Assembly: GCA_963737655.1 (NCBI GenBank) | Contig: CAVTTN010000002.1 | Coordinates: 3,008,001-3,072,000, forward strand | From: an uncultured Planctomycetota bacterium | GTDB lineage: Bacteria > Planctomycetota > Planctomycetia > Isosphaerales > Isosphaeraceae | DNA: 64,000 nt | Direction of reading: 5' to 3' | Shown: piece after piece, positions 8,997 through 23,462 of the stretch | How positions within the stretch are numbered: the stretch's first letter is position 1 | Layout: every line of letters starts with the position of its first letter | Notes under the pieces: model-generated | What the model was told of the DNA's origin: nothing | The model's input: only the letters and a program-made list of their open reading frames with translations | Databases searched by the model: none | Translations under genes and position numbers: made by a program

Positions 8997-11237
8997 TCTC
9001 ATCGCCGAGCCCGACCGGGAAGGACGCCGCAATCAACTGCTCCTGGACTATCTGGAGGCCATGGAGGAGGGCCGCGAACCCGACCGCGGCCAGCTCCTGG
9101 CCGCCCACCCGGACCTCCGGCCCGATCTGGAGGCGTTCCTCGCCGGCCATGACGAGATCGCTCGGATCACGGTGCCCCTGCGAGCCTCGGGGATCGGCGC
9201 GACGAGACCTCCGGGCGGCCCGGCCCGCGAGGGACCGGGCGTGTCATCCCCGGGGATCGGCGAGATCGGCGACTTCCGCCTGATCCGCGAGGTGGGCCGG
9301 GGAGGGATGGGGGTCGTCTACGAGGCCGAGCAGATCTCTCTCCGGCGGAGGGTCGCGCTGAAGGTCCTGCCGTTCGCCTCGGCCATCGACCCTCGCCGGC
9401 TCCAGAGGTTCAAGACCGAGGCGTTGACCGCCGCCCTCGTCCAGCACGAGAAGATCGTGCCGGTTCACGCCGTCGGCTCCGAGAGGGGCGTGCACTATTA
9501 CGCCATGCAATTCATCGAGGGGCAGAGCCTCGCCGCGTTGATCGCCGAGCTCCGCCGACTCCGCGAGAAGCACGCCCCCCTCACCTCGCGGGGTGGATCG
9601 AATCCGGAGGAAGGAGCGATCGTCGCCGATCCAGCCGAGTCGAGAACGGGGAGCGAGACCTCGCTCGCCGCGACGACCATCTCCCGAGAACGGTCGTCGG
9701 ATCGTCGCCGCTACTTCGACCGGGCGGCGGGCCTGGGGCGGCAAGCGGCCCTGGCCCTGGAGCACGCCCACCAGGCCGGGATCGTCCATCGCGACGTGAA
9801 GCCGGGCAACCTGCTCCTGGACCTCCGGGGGCAGCTCTGGGTGACCGACTTCGGACTGGCCCAGGTCACCGGCGATCCCGGGCTCACGATCACCGGAGAG
9901 CTCCTGGGAACGCTCCGATACGCCAGCCCCGAGCAGGTCCTCGCCCGCCGGGGGATCGTCGATCATCGCAGCGACCTTTACTCGCTCGGCGCGACCCTCT
10001 ACGAGCTCCTGACCCTGCGACCTCCGTTCGAGGATCGGGACCGAAACGCCCTGATCCGGCGGATCGCCGAGGAACAGCCCACCCAGCCCCGCGACCTGGA
10101 CCGGTCCATCCCGCCCGAGCTGGAAACGATCGTCCTCAAGGCCCTGCGCAAGGAACCCGCCGAGCGCTACGGGACGGCCCAGGACCTGGCCGACGACCTG
10201 CAACGCTATCTCGACGGCCGGCCGATCCGGGCCCGACGACCGACGCCCGCCGAGAGGCTTCGGGCCTGGTCTCGCCGGCATCCGTCGATCGTGTGGGCCG
10301 GCGCCGGGGCCTTGATCCTGGTCTCGGCCGGGTCGATGGTCAGCACGGCCCTGGTCCGCCGGGAGCAGGCCCGGACCCTGGCCGAACAGAAGAACGCGGA
10401 ATCCGCCTACCTGAGGGCCCGGCAGAGGGCGGAAGAAGCCGAGGCACGCTTCCGCCTGGCCCGCCGATCGGTCGATGAGCTGATCCGGGTCAGCGAGGAG
10501 GAGCTGGCCCATCGACCCGGGATGGAGGGCCTCCGCAAACGGCTCCTGGCGTCGGCCCTGGCGTATTATCGGGAGTTCGTCGAACAGAGGCGGAGCGACC
10601 CGAACGCCCAGGCCGAGTTGCGAGACACCACCCGACGGATCGAGACGATCCTGGCAGACCTGGCGGTCCTCCGGGCCGCCGGGGAACTCTTCTTGCTCGC
10701 GCAGCCCTCGGCGCTGGAGGACCTCCGGCTCGACCCGGTCCAGAGGAGGAAAGTGGCGGACCTCTCCGACCGCGCGGGGAAGCGATGGATGGACGCGTTC
10801 GGCGACCCGGCCCATCGGCCTCCCCCGGCGGAGCGAGTGCGGATCGCCCTGGAGCAGGCTCGGTCCAACGAGGCGGAGGTCGAGGCCATCCTGTGGCCCT
10901 CCCAGAGAGTCCGGCTCCGCCAGATCGCCCTCCAGTCCGAGGGACCGGCCGCCTTCCGAGAACCCGAGGTCGTCGAGAGGCTCGGACTGACCCCCGGGCA
11001 GCGAGAACGCGTCCGCGCGATCGAGGAGGAGTCCTTCTTCGGCTCGATCCGCGACCTGCAAGAGGGGAAGGCGCCGAGGAGGCCGGCAAGGCGGCGATGG
11101 AACGGATCGTGGCCGTCCTCACGGACGATCAGAGGAGACTCTGGAAGGAGATGGCCGGCGAACCGATCCGGGGCCCGTTGAACGCCTTCCCCATGCCGTT
11201 CGGATCTCGGCGAGACCCGAGGCGAGCCTCCCGCTGA
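8986..11237 (+). CDS. Membrane Ser/Thr kinase coupled to the ECF sigma (frameshift near 11072)
   Basis: GRGGMGVVY, VALKVL, HRDVKPGN, TDFGLA, GTLRYASPEQ; TM IVWAGAGALILVSAG; C-terminus continues in ORF 10785-11237. Confidence 0.9.
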
Positions 11238-11407
11238 ACCCGGATTGACCTTCCGGGTCGCGGGATCGTCGAAAAAACCTCGGACCACGCGCGACATCGG
11301 GCGCCGGATCGCATCTCTTCCCTCAGAGGGGCGCCGTCCTCGGGCCGATCCCCCCCTCTCGGCCTCGTCGTGACGGCCCCTGATCCCTCTACTCGTGAGG
11401 TCCCTCC

Positions 11408-14400
11408 ATGCATCGACGATGCCTCGCCGGGATGGTCTGCGGCGTCCTCCTGCTCGCCGGTCCCGCCGTCGTGCGCTCGGGGCCCGTCGAGGACGGAGAC
11501 GCGAAGGAGAAGGCCGCCGCGGCCGGGCCGTTCGGCCTCACCAGGGTCGTCGGCGTTCACGTCGAGATGTCGGCCGACGAGTACCAGGCCATGCAGCCCC
11601 CGGCCCCGGCCGCCGGCTTCGGCGCCCCCCTCCCCCCGCGAAGCCGAAGCAGCCCGGCGAGAGGGCGAGCGAGCGGAACCTTTTCGGCATCGAGTTCCCG
11701 TGGGCGACCGGGACTTTGACAGCCGACGGCCGGACGAGCCGGGGCGTGGGCCTCCGCTACTCGGGGAACGCGTCGTACATGGCGTCCGCCGGGGGGCTGA
11801 AACGCTCCCTCCTGATCGACCTGGACCGATCCGACCACGGGGACGGTCTCGGCTTGCACGGCCTGATCCTTCAAAGCGGGGCGCTCGACCCGACCAGGGC
11901 GCGCGAGGCCCTGGCCTTCGCCCTCTTCCGCGAAGCCGGAGTGCCCGCGCCCCGGACCGCCTTCGCCGAGGTCACCCTGTCCGTCCCGGGCAAGTACGAC
12001 CGGGCCTTGCTCGGCCTCTATACCCTGGTCGAACCCGTGGACCTCGCCTTCCTGAAGGGCCGATTCCACGCCGATACGGGCCTGCTCGTCCGGCCCCAGG
12101 GTCTGCGGGGGCTCGACTTCCTCGGCGACGACTGGGAGAAGTACCGAGGGCCGTATCGCCCCTTATCCGAGCCCTCGCCCGACCAGGCGAAGCGGCTGAT
12201 CGAGTTCCTCCGCCTCGTCCAGCAGGCCGATGACGAGCGATTCCGCAAGGAGATCGGCTCCTATCTGGACATCGACGAATTCCTGAAATTCATGACCGTA
12301 CAGGCGATGCTCGCCAACGCCGACGGCTTCTTCACGCTCGGCTACAACTACTCGATCTATCTCGACCCGACCACGAATCGCTTCGTGTTCATCCCGGGCG
12401 ATCAGGAACTCTCGTTCGCGAACTTCGCGATGATGGGCTCCGCCGATCAGCTCATGGACATGAGCCTTGCCCATCCCTACGCGGGCCAGAACCGGCTGGC
12501 CGATCGCCTGCTCGCCATCCCCGAGGTCCAGGAAACGCGGGAGAAGATCGCCCGGGACCTCGCCTCGACCGTCTTCCGCAAGGAGCGCCTGACGGCCGAC
12601 GTGGCGGCGATCGAGGCCGCGACGAAGGCCATCGTGGAACGCGAGGCCGGGGCGAAGGCGGCCAGGGCCGAGCCTCCGGTCGGGTTCGGGGCCCCGGGAG
12701 GGCCGGCGGCGCCCGACCTTCGCACCTTCGCCGAGCGGCGGACCGCCTCGATCGCCGATCAGCTCGCGGGCAAGAAGGACGGCTACCGCCCCCAGTTCAA
12801 TTTCGGCCCGCCGGGAGGCAACGCCCCGCCGAAGCCGATCGACGACAAGACGATCGGCGAGGTCGTGAAGGCCCCGCCCGGGTTCCGCGTCAACCTCTTC
12901 GCGGCCCCGCCGAAGGTGAATTATCCGGTCACGCTCGCGGTCGCTCCCGACGGGGCGGTTTACGTCGCCGTGGATGAGCAAGGCTCGCTCGGCCGGACGC
13001 CCGGAGGCGGCCGGGTCATGCGATGCGTGGACGACGATGCCGACGGCAAGGCCGATCGCATCACCACCTTCGCCAGGATGGAGCACCCGCGAGGCGTGGT
13101 CGCCCAGGACGGCAAGGTCTGGGTCCTGCACCCGCCCTTCCTGAGCGTCTTCCGCGACGACGACGGCGACGGGGTCTCCGATCAACAGGACCGCCTCGTT
13201 ACCGGCCTGACCACCAGCCAGATCGACGAGCGGGGCGGCGATCACACGAGCAACGGCATTCGCATGGGGATCGATGGCTGGATCTACATCGCCGTGGGCG
13301 ATTACGGGTTCCTCGGCGCGAAGGGCAAGGATGGGACGACGCTCTCTCAACGAGGCGGCGGCATCCTCCGGGTGAGGCCCGACGGCACCGAGCTGGAGGT
13401 CGTCGCCACCGGCCTGCGCAACCCGTTCGCCGTCGCGATCGATCCGTTCCTGAACCTCTTCACCCGAGACAACACCAACGACGGGGCCGGCTGGGACGTC
13501 CGGGTGAGCCACCTGTTCCCGTCTGCCGAATACGGCTACACCCGGACGTTCGCCAACTTCCCCGACGAGACCATGCCCGCCCTGGGCACGTATGGGCAAG
13601 GCGGAGGCACCGGGGCGCTCGCGTTGAACGACGGCCGATGGCCCGAGGCGTATCGCGGGGCGCTCCTCACGGGCGACTGGGGCCGGAGCGAGGTCTATCG
13701 ACACGCCCTCAAGCCTTCGGCCGCGTCGTTCCGCACCTCCCAGGAAGTCATGCTGGCCATCCCCCGGCCGACCGGGATGGACGTCGGCCCCGACGGTCGG
13801 CTGTATGTCGCGAGCTGGCGAGGCGGCGAGGCCAGCGTCTTCGTCGGCCCGCAGGTCGGCTTCGTGGCGAGCATCACCCCGCCGGGCCTGGAGGTCGCGA
13901 AGGTCACGGACCCTCGCGAGGCCGACTTTTCGAAATTAATTGCGGGCTTGACCGCCGGGGACGCGGCGACCTGCTTCGGTTGCCAGCGCGAGATCATCCG
14001 ACGAGGCCGGTCGCCCGAGACGACCCGGGCGCTCGCCGATCTCGCCTCCGACCCCGCGAAACCGCTGTCGGCGAGGGTCGCAGCCCTGTTCGCGATCAAG
14101 CAGATCGACGGCGCGGATTCGCATGCGATCTTGACGAAGCTCGCGGCGGTCCCAGCCGTCCGCGAGTTCGCGATTCGCGCCCTGGCCGACCGCAAGGGCG
14201 AGATCGATCGGACCGATGCGCGGGTGTTCGTCGAGGCACTGACGGACGCCCCTCCCCGGGTCCAGGCGCAGGCCCTGATCGCCCTCGGGCGGCTGGGAGA
14301 CGCCTCCTCGGCCGAGAACATCCTACCGCTGACCGCCCGGCCCGAGGGGCGCCCATGCCGACGACCCGGCCGATCCACTTCCAGCCCGATCCCGACCGCG

Positions 14401-15362
14401 TGGTGCCTCACCTGGCCGTCCGAACCCTGATCTCGCTCCGGGCCGTGGATGCGTGCCTGGCGGCGATCGACGGCCCGTACCGCGACGGCGCGCTCCACGC
14501 CCTGCGATGGATGCACGAGCCCAGGGTCGTCGAAGGGCTGATTCAGAAGCTCGCCTCGGCGCGCTCTCCCGAAGTTCGCCGCGATCTCCTCGCGACCCTG
14601 GCGAGGCTCCAGCAGCGCGAGGCGGAGTACGACGGGAGCTGGTGGGGAATCCGGCCCGACTCGACCGGCCCCTATTACGACCCGACCGACTGGGAATGCA
14701 GTGCCCGGATCGCCTCGGTCCTCAAGGCCGCCCTGCTCGACGCGGACGCCGAAACCGCGGCCTGGCTTCGGAAGGAGCTCGTCAAGAATCGAGTCCGCAT
14801 CGGGGGGATGACGGCCGAGTCCCTGGCGGGAAACGCCCGGCCGGAGGACGCCCTCCTCGTCACGATCGCCAGGGTCGATCCGAAGAACCCGGACCAGATC
14901 GGCAACATGCCGTTCGAGGTTGCCTCCAGCCGGGCCCTCCAGGCGAAGGGGGATGCCGGTCGCGGCAAGGCCCTCTTCGCCTCGCAATCCTGCCGGGCCT
15001 GCCACACCGACGCCGACGGCCAGACGCCCAAGGGGCCTCACCTGGTCGATATCGGCAAGCGTTATCCGCCCGCCGAGCTCGTGGAATCGATCCTCAAGCC
15101 GAGCGCCAAGATCGCCCAGGGCTATGAAGCGTACAGCTTCGCGATGGCCGACGGACGAGTCGTCTCGGGCTTCGTCGTCCGCGAAGGCGCGGCGGTCGTC
15201 CAGGTCCGCGAATCGTCGGGCGCCCTCCGCGAGCTCAAGAAATCCGAGATCGAGGAACGCAAGAGGCAGGAGCCGTCGGCGATGCCCGAGGGGATCGCCT
15301 CGGCGATGACCCCGGAGCAACTCGCGGACCTCATCGCCTACCTCCGTTCCCTGACCCAGTGA
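11408..15362 (+). CDS. Exported fusion: CotH kinase + PVC-type beta-propeller dehydrogenase + HEAT repeats + cytochrome c (frameshifts near 11630 and 14348)
   Basis: Signal peptide at 11408; CotH-like VGLRYSGNAS, REALAFALFREAGVPAPRT, GLYTLVE, NYSIY..FVFIPGDQELSF; then PPGFRVNLFAAPP, DDDADGKAD, GLRNPF; C-terminal CRACH..GPHL..ESILKPSAKIAQGY..SAMPEG. Confidence 0.8.
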
Positions 15363-15397
15363 GCCTCCCGGGTGCCCCGAGGAAAGGACGCATCGTC

Positions 15398-18103
15398 ATG
15401 GCCGGATTCTCGGCTCGCCTGGCCCTGGTGCTCGGTCTGCTCGTGGCGGGCCGGGCCTCCGCCCAGGCCCAGCGATTTCCCGCCTTCGACCCGGAGCGGA
15501 TCTTCGTCCTGGGCGACGCCGACCTCGACGGCCGTCTGTCCCTCGACGAATACCGGGACTTCCTCCGGTCGTCTCCTCGGATGAAAGACGCGGGCGCGAC
15601 GATCGAACCCATGTTCCGCCGTCTCGACGTGGATGGCGACGGGTTCCTCTCGCTCGCGGAATATCGCAAGTCCTTCCCCGCCAGGCCCGGAGTCGCTCCC
15701 GCCCAACCTGGGACGCCGAACGAGAAGCCGGCGGGGCCCATCGAGGCGGAGGCCCCGATCACCCCCGAGCAGGAGGCATTCTTCGAGGCGAAGATCCGAC
15801 CGATCCTTGCGACGAATTGCGGCAAGTGCCACGCGAGTACGGCCGAGAAGCTCCGGGGCGGCCTCCGGCTCGACAGCCGCGAAGGCGCCCGACTCGGAGG
15901 CGATTCCGGCCCGGCGATCGTGCCCGGCAATCTCGACGAGAGCCTCCTAATTCGCGCGATCCGCTACCGGGACGACGACCTTCGGATGCCCCCGAAGGCG
16001 AAGCTGACCGACTCGGTGATCGCCGACTTCGAGGCGTGGGTCAAAATGGGCGCGCCGGACCCTCGGAATGGGCCGGCGGGCGGCGCGGCTCGGCCGTCGG
16101 TCGATCTCGTGAAGGGGCGGGAGTTCTGGTCGTTCCGCCCGCCGAAGAAGTCGGCCCCTCCGGCCGTGAAGAGGCAGGATTGGCCCCGCGATGAGCTCGA
16201 CCGTTTCCTCCTCGCTGCTCTCGAATCTCGGGGGCTCTCGCCGGTCGGCGACGCCGCACGGCCCCGACTGCTCCGCCGGGTCACGTTCGACCTGATCGGG
16301 CTGCCGCCGTCGCCCGAGGAGTTCGACGCCTTCGTCGGCGACGCCTCGCCGGACGCCCTGGCGAAGGTCGTCGATCGCCTGCTCGCGTCGCCCCGGTTCG
16401 GCGAACGGTGGGGCCGACACTGGCTGGACGTGGCCCGGTTCGCCGAATCGAGCGGCAAGACCAACTTCGCCTATTCCCACGCCTGGCGATATCGCGACTG
16501 GGCCATCGCCTCGTTCAACGCCGACAAGCCGTACGACCAGTTCGTCCGCGAGCAAATCGCCGGGGATCTGCTCCCGGCCTCGGACGACCGCAAGAGGGCC
16601 GATCAGCTCATCGCCACCGGGTTCCTCGCCCTGGGGAGCAAGGCCCACGACGCCGAGAATCGCGGGCAGTTCATCCTGGACGTGATCGACGAGCAGATCG
16701 AGGCGACGACGCGCGCCTTCCTCGGCCTGACCGTCGCGTGCGCCCGCTGCCACGACCACAAGATGGACCCGATCCCCCAGCGCGATTATTACGCGCTGTC
16801 GGGCGTGTTCCGCAGCTCTCAGACCTGCTCGGGCACGCTTGCGGGCGTCTTCCCGAACTTCAACGCATCGCCCCTGATCGAGCTTCCCGACGGGGCGGGC
16901 GTCCCGTCGGCGACGCCCTCGCTGCCGGCCGAACAACGGGCCGCGATGGAGGAACGGCTCACGGCCCTGGTCCTGGAGCGCGACTCGATCCCTCCGGGCG
17001 AGGCGAATCGAGACCGGCTCCGCCGCGCCAACTCGATGCTTTCGACGCTCCGCTATCGCCTGAAGATCGACCGGCGGGGCGGCTCGCCCCGGGCCTTCGC
17101 GATGGGGGTCCGCGAGCGAGACGAGGCCGTCGATAGCCCCCTGTATGCGAGGGGCGAGCTGGACCAGCCCGGCGAGACCGTCCCTCGCGGGTTCGTCCGC
17201 GTCCTCTGCGAGGAATCGTCCGCGAACATCGCCTCGGGGAGCGGCCGTCGCGAGCTGGCCGAGTGGCTGACGGCCCCCTCCAACCCGCTGACGGCCCGGG
17301 TGATGGTCAATCGCGTCTGGCTGCACCTGTTCGGTCGAGGGCTCGTCCCGACGCCCGACAACTTCGGCGCCGCCGGCCAGAGGCCGAGCCATCCCGAGCT
17401 CCTCGACTCCCTGGCCGTCGATTTCATGGCGGACGGCTGGTCGATCAAGCGCCTGATTCGCCGGATCGTGCTGAGCCGGGCCTATGGGTTGGATTCCACG
17501 CACGATCCGGGCCACTTCGAGGCCGACCCCGACGACGCGCTGGTCTGGCGGATGAGCAAGAGGCGGCTGGAGGGCGAGGCGATCCGGGATGCCCTGCTGT
17601 TCGTGGGAGGCCGGCTCGCGACCGAGCCCCCGGTCGGTTCGGCGGTGGCGCGAACGGGAGAGGGCCTGGCCTTCTTCGTCCGCGTGGCCGGCCTGGATGC
17701 CTCCGACACGCATCGATCGGTCTATCTGCCGGTGGTTCGGGACCAGGTGCTCGAATCGCTGGCGCTGTTCGACTTCGCCGACCCGAGCCTCGTGACGGGC
17801 GAACGGGCGGCGACGACCGGCCCGGCCCAGGCGCTGTTCTTCCTGAACGGGCCGTTGGTGATCCGCCAGTCCGAGGCCCTCGCCGATCGGCTCCTCGCCG
17901 CGGAACGGGACGACGTCCGCCGGATTGACCTGGCCTATCGGCTCGCCCTGGCCCGCCCGGCCACGGCCTCGGAACGGGACCGCGCCCTCGGCTTCCTTCG
18001 TGCCGCCTCCGCCCGGGCGAAGGCGGCCGACCCGGCCCGTGAGGCCTGGTCGCTGTTCTGCCAGGCGATCTTCGCCGGCGCCGAGTTCCGATACCTCGAC
18101 TGA
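15398..18103 (+). CDS. PSD1/planctomycete cytochrome c protein (DUF1549/DUF1553) with N-terminal EF-hand pair
   Basis: FFEAKIRPILATNCGKCH, GERWGRHWLDVARFAES, CARCHDHK, NPLTARVMVNRVW, PSHPELLDSLA; DADLDGRLSLDEY and DVDGDGFLSLAEY. Confidence 0.92.
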   Translation: MAGFSARLALVLGLLVAGRASAQAQRFPAFDPERIFVLGDADLDGRLSLDEYRDFLRSSPRMKDAGATIEPMFRRLDVDGDGFLSLAEYRKSFPARPGVAPAQPGTPNEKPAGPIEAEAPITPEQEAFFEAKIRPILATNCGKCHASTAEKLRGGLRLDSREGARLGGDSGPAIVPGNLDESLLIRAIRYRDDDLRMPPKAKLTDSVIADFEAWVKMGAPDPRNGPAGGAARPSVDLVKGREFWSFRPPKKSAPPAVKRQDWPRDELDRFLLAALESRGLSPVGDAARPRLLRRVTFDLIGLPPSPEEFDAFVGDASPDALAKVVDRLLASPRFGERWGRHWLDVARFAESSGKTNFAYSHAWRYRDWAIASFNADKPYDQFVREQIAGDLLPASDDRKRADQLIATGFLALGSKAHDAENRGQFILDVIDEQIEATTRAFLGLTVACARCHDHKMDPIPQRDYYALSGVFRSSQTCSGTLAGVFPNFNASPLIELPDGAGVPSATPSLPAEQRAAMEERLTALVLERDSIPPGEANRDRLRRANSMLSTLRYRLKIDRRGGSPRAFAMGVRERDEAVDSPLYARGELDQPGETVPRGFVRVLCEESSANIASGSGRRELAEWLTAPSNPLTARVMVNRVWLHLFGRGLVPTPDNFGAAGQRPSHPELLDSLAVDFMADGWSIKRLIRRIVLSRAYGLDSTHDPGHFEADPDDALVWRMSKRRLEGEAIRDALLFVGGRLATEPPVGSAVARTGEGLAFFVRVAGLDASDTHRSVYLPVVRDQVLESLALFDFADPSLVTGERAATTGPAQALFFLNGPLVIRQSEALADRLLAAERDDVRRIDLAYRLALARPATASERDRALGFLRAASARAKAADPAREAWSLFCQAIFAGAEFRYLD

Positions 18104-18141
18104 TCGATCGCGGGCCGCCCCCGGGCGAGAGGATCACTCCG

Positions 18142-19527
<1,386 letters not shown>

Positions 19528-19625
19528 CGGATCTTCCACGAGCGATCGGGGCGGGCGATTGACGCTCGGTTCGTGTACGATCCATCCTCCCTGACCCACT
19601 GATCCCGGGACCGAGGGCCTCTCCC

Positions 19626-21080
<1,455 letters not shown>

Positions 21081-21099
21081 TCCAGGGAGAGGGCCCGCG

Positions 21100-22296
21100 A
21101 TGATTGGCCTCGATCGCCGCCGCCGGGCGGGCCTCCTGGCCCCGGCCCTCGTCGTCCTGACCATGGCCGGGGCCCGGAGCGAGGAGGGCCGCTGGGTCGG
21201 CACCTGGACGGCGGCCCCTCAGTTGACCGAGCCCGCCAACCTGCCCCCCGATCCCGGGCTCGCCGATTCCACCCTCCGCCAGGTCGTCCGCGTCTCCCTG
21301 GGGGGCAAGCGGCTCCGCGTCCGATTCTCCAATGCTTTCGGCACCAAGCCGTTGACGATCCTCTCGGCCCTGGCGTCCAGGTCCGCCGGAAGCGGCGCGA
21401 TCGTTCCGGACGGCGGCAAGCCCCTGACGTTCGCCGGGAAGGCCGCGGTCACCATCCCGATCGGGGCGCCGACGGTCTCCGACCCGATCGACTTCGACCT
21501 CGCCCCCCTCTCCGACCTCGTGGTCACGATCCGGGTCCAGGACCCGACCCGGACGATCACCGGACACCCCGGGGCCCGGTGCACGTCCTATCTGGTTCGC
21601 GGAGACCGGGTCACCGATCCCACCATGCCCGACGCGGCCCGGACCCCGCACTGGTACTACCTCTCCGGCGTCGATGTGGAAGCCGGGGACGCCTCCGCCG
21701 TGGTCGTGATCGGAGACTCGCTCACCGACGGTCGGGGCTCGCCGACCGACGGCAACGGCCGATGGACGGACCACCTCGCTCGTCGTCTCCACGACCGCGG
21801 AGGGGCCGGCGTCGGGGTCTTGAACCAGGGTCTGGGCGGCAATCGGGTGTTGAATGACGGCCTCGGGCCCAACGTTTTGGCGAGGCTGGACCGCGACGTC
21901 CTGGCCCAGCCCGGGGTCCGCTGGCTGATCGTCCTGGAGGGGATCAACGATCTTGGCACTCGCTCGGCGACCGCACGCGACCTGATCGCCGCCTATGATC
22001 AGATCCTCGTGCGATCGCACGACCGGGGCATCCGGGTGTACGGGGCGACGATCCCACCGTGCGAGGGTTCGTCCTACTTCTCGCCCGAGCTGGAGGCGGC
22101 CCGCCGGGAGGTCAACGCCTGGATTCGCGACTCCGGCCGCTTCGACGCCGTGATCGACTTCGACGCCGCGACCCGCGATCCCCGCAAGCCCGCGAGCCTC
22201 TCGCCCCAGGCGGACGGCGGCGACCACCTGCACCCGGGCCCGGAAGGTTACAGGATCATGGCGGAATCCGTCGATCTCAGGCTCTTCGAAAAGTGA
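21100..22296 (+). CDS. Secreted SGNH/GDSL hydrolase
   Basis: GDSLTDG, NQGLGGNR, LEGINDL, DHLHP blocks; TLRQVVRVSLGG N-terminal domain. Confidence 0.9.
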   Translation: MIGLDRRRRAGLLAPALVVLTMAGARSEEGRWVGTWTAAPQLTEPANLPPDPGLADSTLRQVVRVSLGGKRLRVRFSNAFGTKPLTILSALASRSAGSGAIVPDGGKPLTFAGKAAVTIPIGAPTVSDPIDFDLAPLSDLVVTIRVQDPTRTITGHPGARCTSYLVRGDRVTDPTMPDAARTPHWYYLSGVDVEAGDASAVVVIGDSLTDGRGSPTDGNGRWTDHLARRLHDRGGAGVGVLNQGLGGNRVLNDGLGPNVLARLDRDVLAQPGVRWLIVLEGINDLGTRSATARDLIAAYDQILVRSHDRGIRVYGATIPPCEGSSYFSPELEAARREVNAWIRDSGRFDAVIDFDAATRDPRKPASLSPQADGGDHLHPGPEGYRIMAESVDLRLFEK

Positions 22297-22319
22297 TCCG
22301 GAAGCGTCGGTTGAGGGGT

Positions 22320-23309
22320 TCAGGGTCCGTGGGGATCGCGCCCGGACGTGCATTCGATCAGGAGTTCGCGGAAGCGCTCGCCGGACGGCGAAAGGTCTCG
22401 CCCCTCCCGGCCGATGGCCCGTCGGCAGATTAAATGGAGCCGGATCGGCCGAAATTGCTCGGCCCGGAGCGGACGGGACCACAGGCCGGGTCCGAACCGC
22501 TCGCCGGCCGATCTCGGGACGACCCCGACCCCCAGCCCCTCGGCCACGAACGCCAGGATGGCCGACCAGCCGCCCACCTCGATCGCGATCTTCAGCCCAT
22601 CGGTCACCCCGGCCGCGTCCAGGTCGCGGTCAATCTGCCCCCGGACGGCGGAATCCGGCTCGGGGAGGACCAGGGGGATAGTCCGGAGGGCCTCGGCCGG
22701 CACGGGCCCTTCGGGGAGGGCGCGAAGCGCGTCAGCCCAGTCTTCACCCGCTTTGAGGCTGGCGACGAGGACGAGCGGATCATCGCGGAGATGATCGACG
22801 TGCAAGGATCGGCGGGCGATGGCGCGAATCTCGGCCTCGTCGTGGGTCACGGTGGCCAGGTCGAGCAGCCCGCTGGCCACCCCCTCGATCCGTGATCGCC
22901 CCCTCGTCGTGGAAATCCTCGCCTGGACCTCCGGCTTCTCGCGACGGAGGCGTCGCAGGGCCTCCAGGGCGTAGGTCGCCGCGCCCTCCTGACCGCAGGC
23001 GAACGCGAACTCGGCCTCGCCGCGAGTCCCAGCGGAGAATCGCCCCAGGGCCCGGTAGCGCCGAACCAGCTCGTGGACCGAGGGGAACATCCGCCGCCCC
23101 TCCTCGGTCATCCCCCACGTCTTGCCGTCTCGTTCCAGCCAGGGCGAAGCCACGGACGGACCCGGCCCCTGCAACTGCGACATCCTCTTGGACATGCTCG
23201 GCTGATTGATCCCCAGCCGAGCCGCCGCCTTCGAGGCGTCCCCGCCCTCCTCGATCAGCGTGACGAACGTTTCCAGCAGCTCGAAGCTCAGACTCGGCGA
23301 TCGTGGCAT
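22320..23309 (-). CDS. LysR-family transcriptional regulator
   Basis: LETFVTL..ASKAAARLGINQPSMSKRMSQL HTH; LDLA, AFVAEGLGVGVVP substrate-binding region. Confidence 0.88.
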   Translation of the reverse strand: MPRSPSLSFELLETFVTLIEEGGDASKAAARLGINQPSMSKRMSQLQGPGPSVASPWLERDGKTWGMTEEGRRMFPSVHELVRRYRALGRFSAGTRGEAEFAFACGQEGAATYALEALRRLRREKPEVQARISTTRGRSRIEGVASGLLDLATVTHDEAEIRAIARRSLHVDHLRDDPLVLVASLKAGEDWADALRALPEGPVPAEALRTIPLVLPEPDSAVRGQIDRDLDAAGVTDGLKIAIEVGGWSAILAFVAEGLGVGVVPRSAGERFGPGLWSRPLRAEQFRPIRLHLICRRAIGREGRDLSPSGERFRELLIECTSGRDPHGP

Positions 23310-23340
23310 GGCGTTAAGCCCCCCGCCATCCGCGGAATTC

Positions 23341-23382
23341 ATTCTTTTTTTTCCAATATCTGGCCGTTCATCGCGTATAGCT
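23341..23382. promoter_or_regulatory. Candidate LysR box (ATT-N11-AAT) and -10-like TATAGC in the divergent intergenic region
   Basis: ATTctttttttttccAAT at 23341-23357 fits T-N11-A; AT-rich island between LysR and the Nudix genes. Confidence 0.4.
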
Positions 23383-23462
23383 TAAGGAGTAGAGAGGGAT
23401 CAGGCAAGGGTGAGGCCCGGAGCCATCGCCCGACTGGCCCGTTCCTGGGGAGGGTTCCTGAG

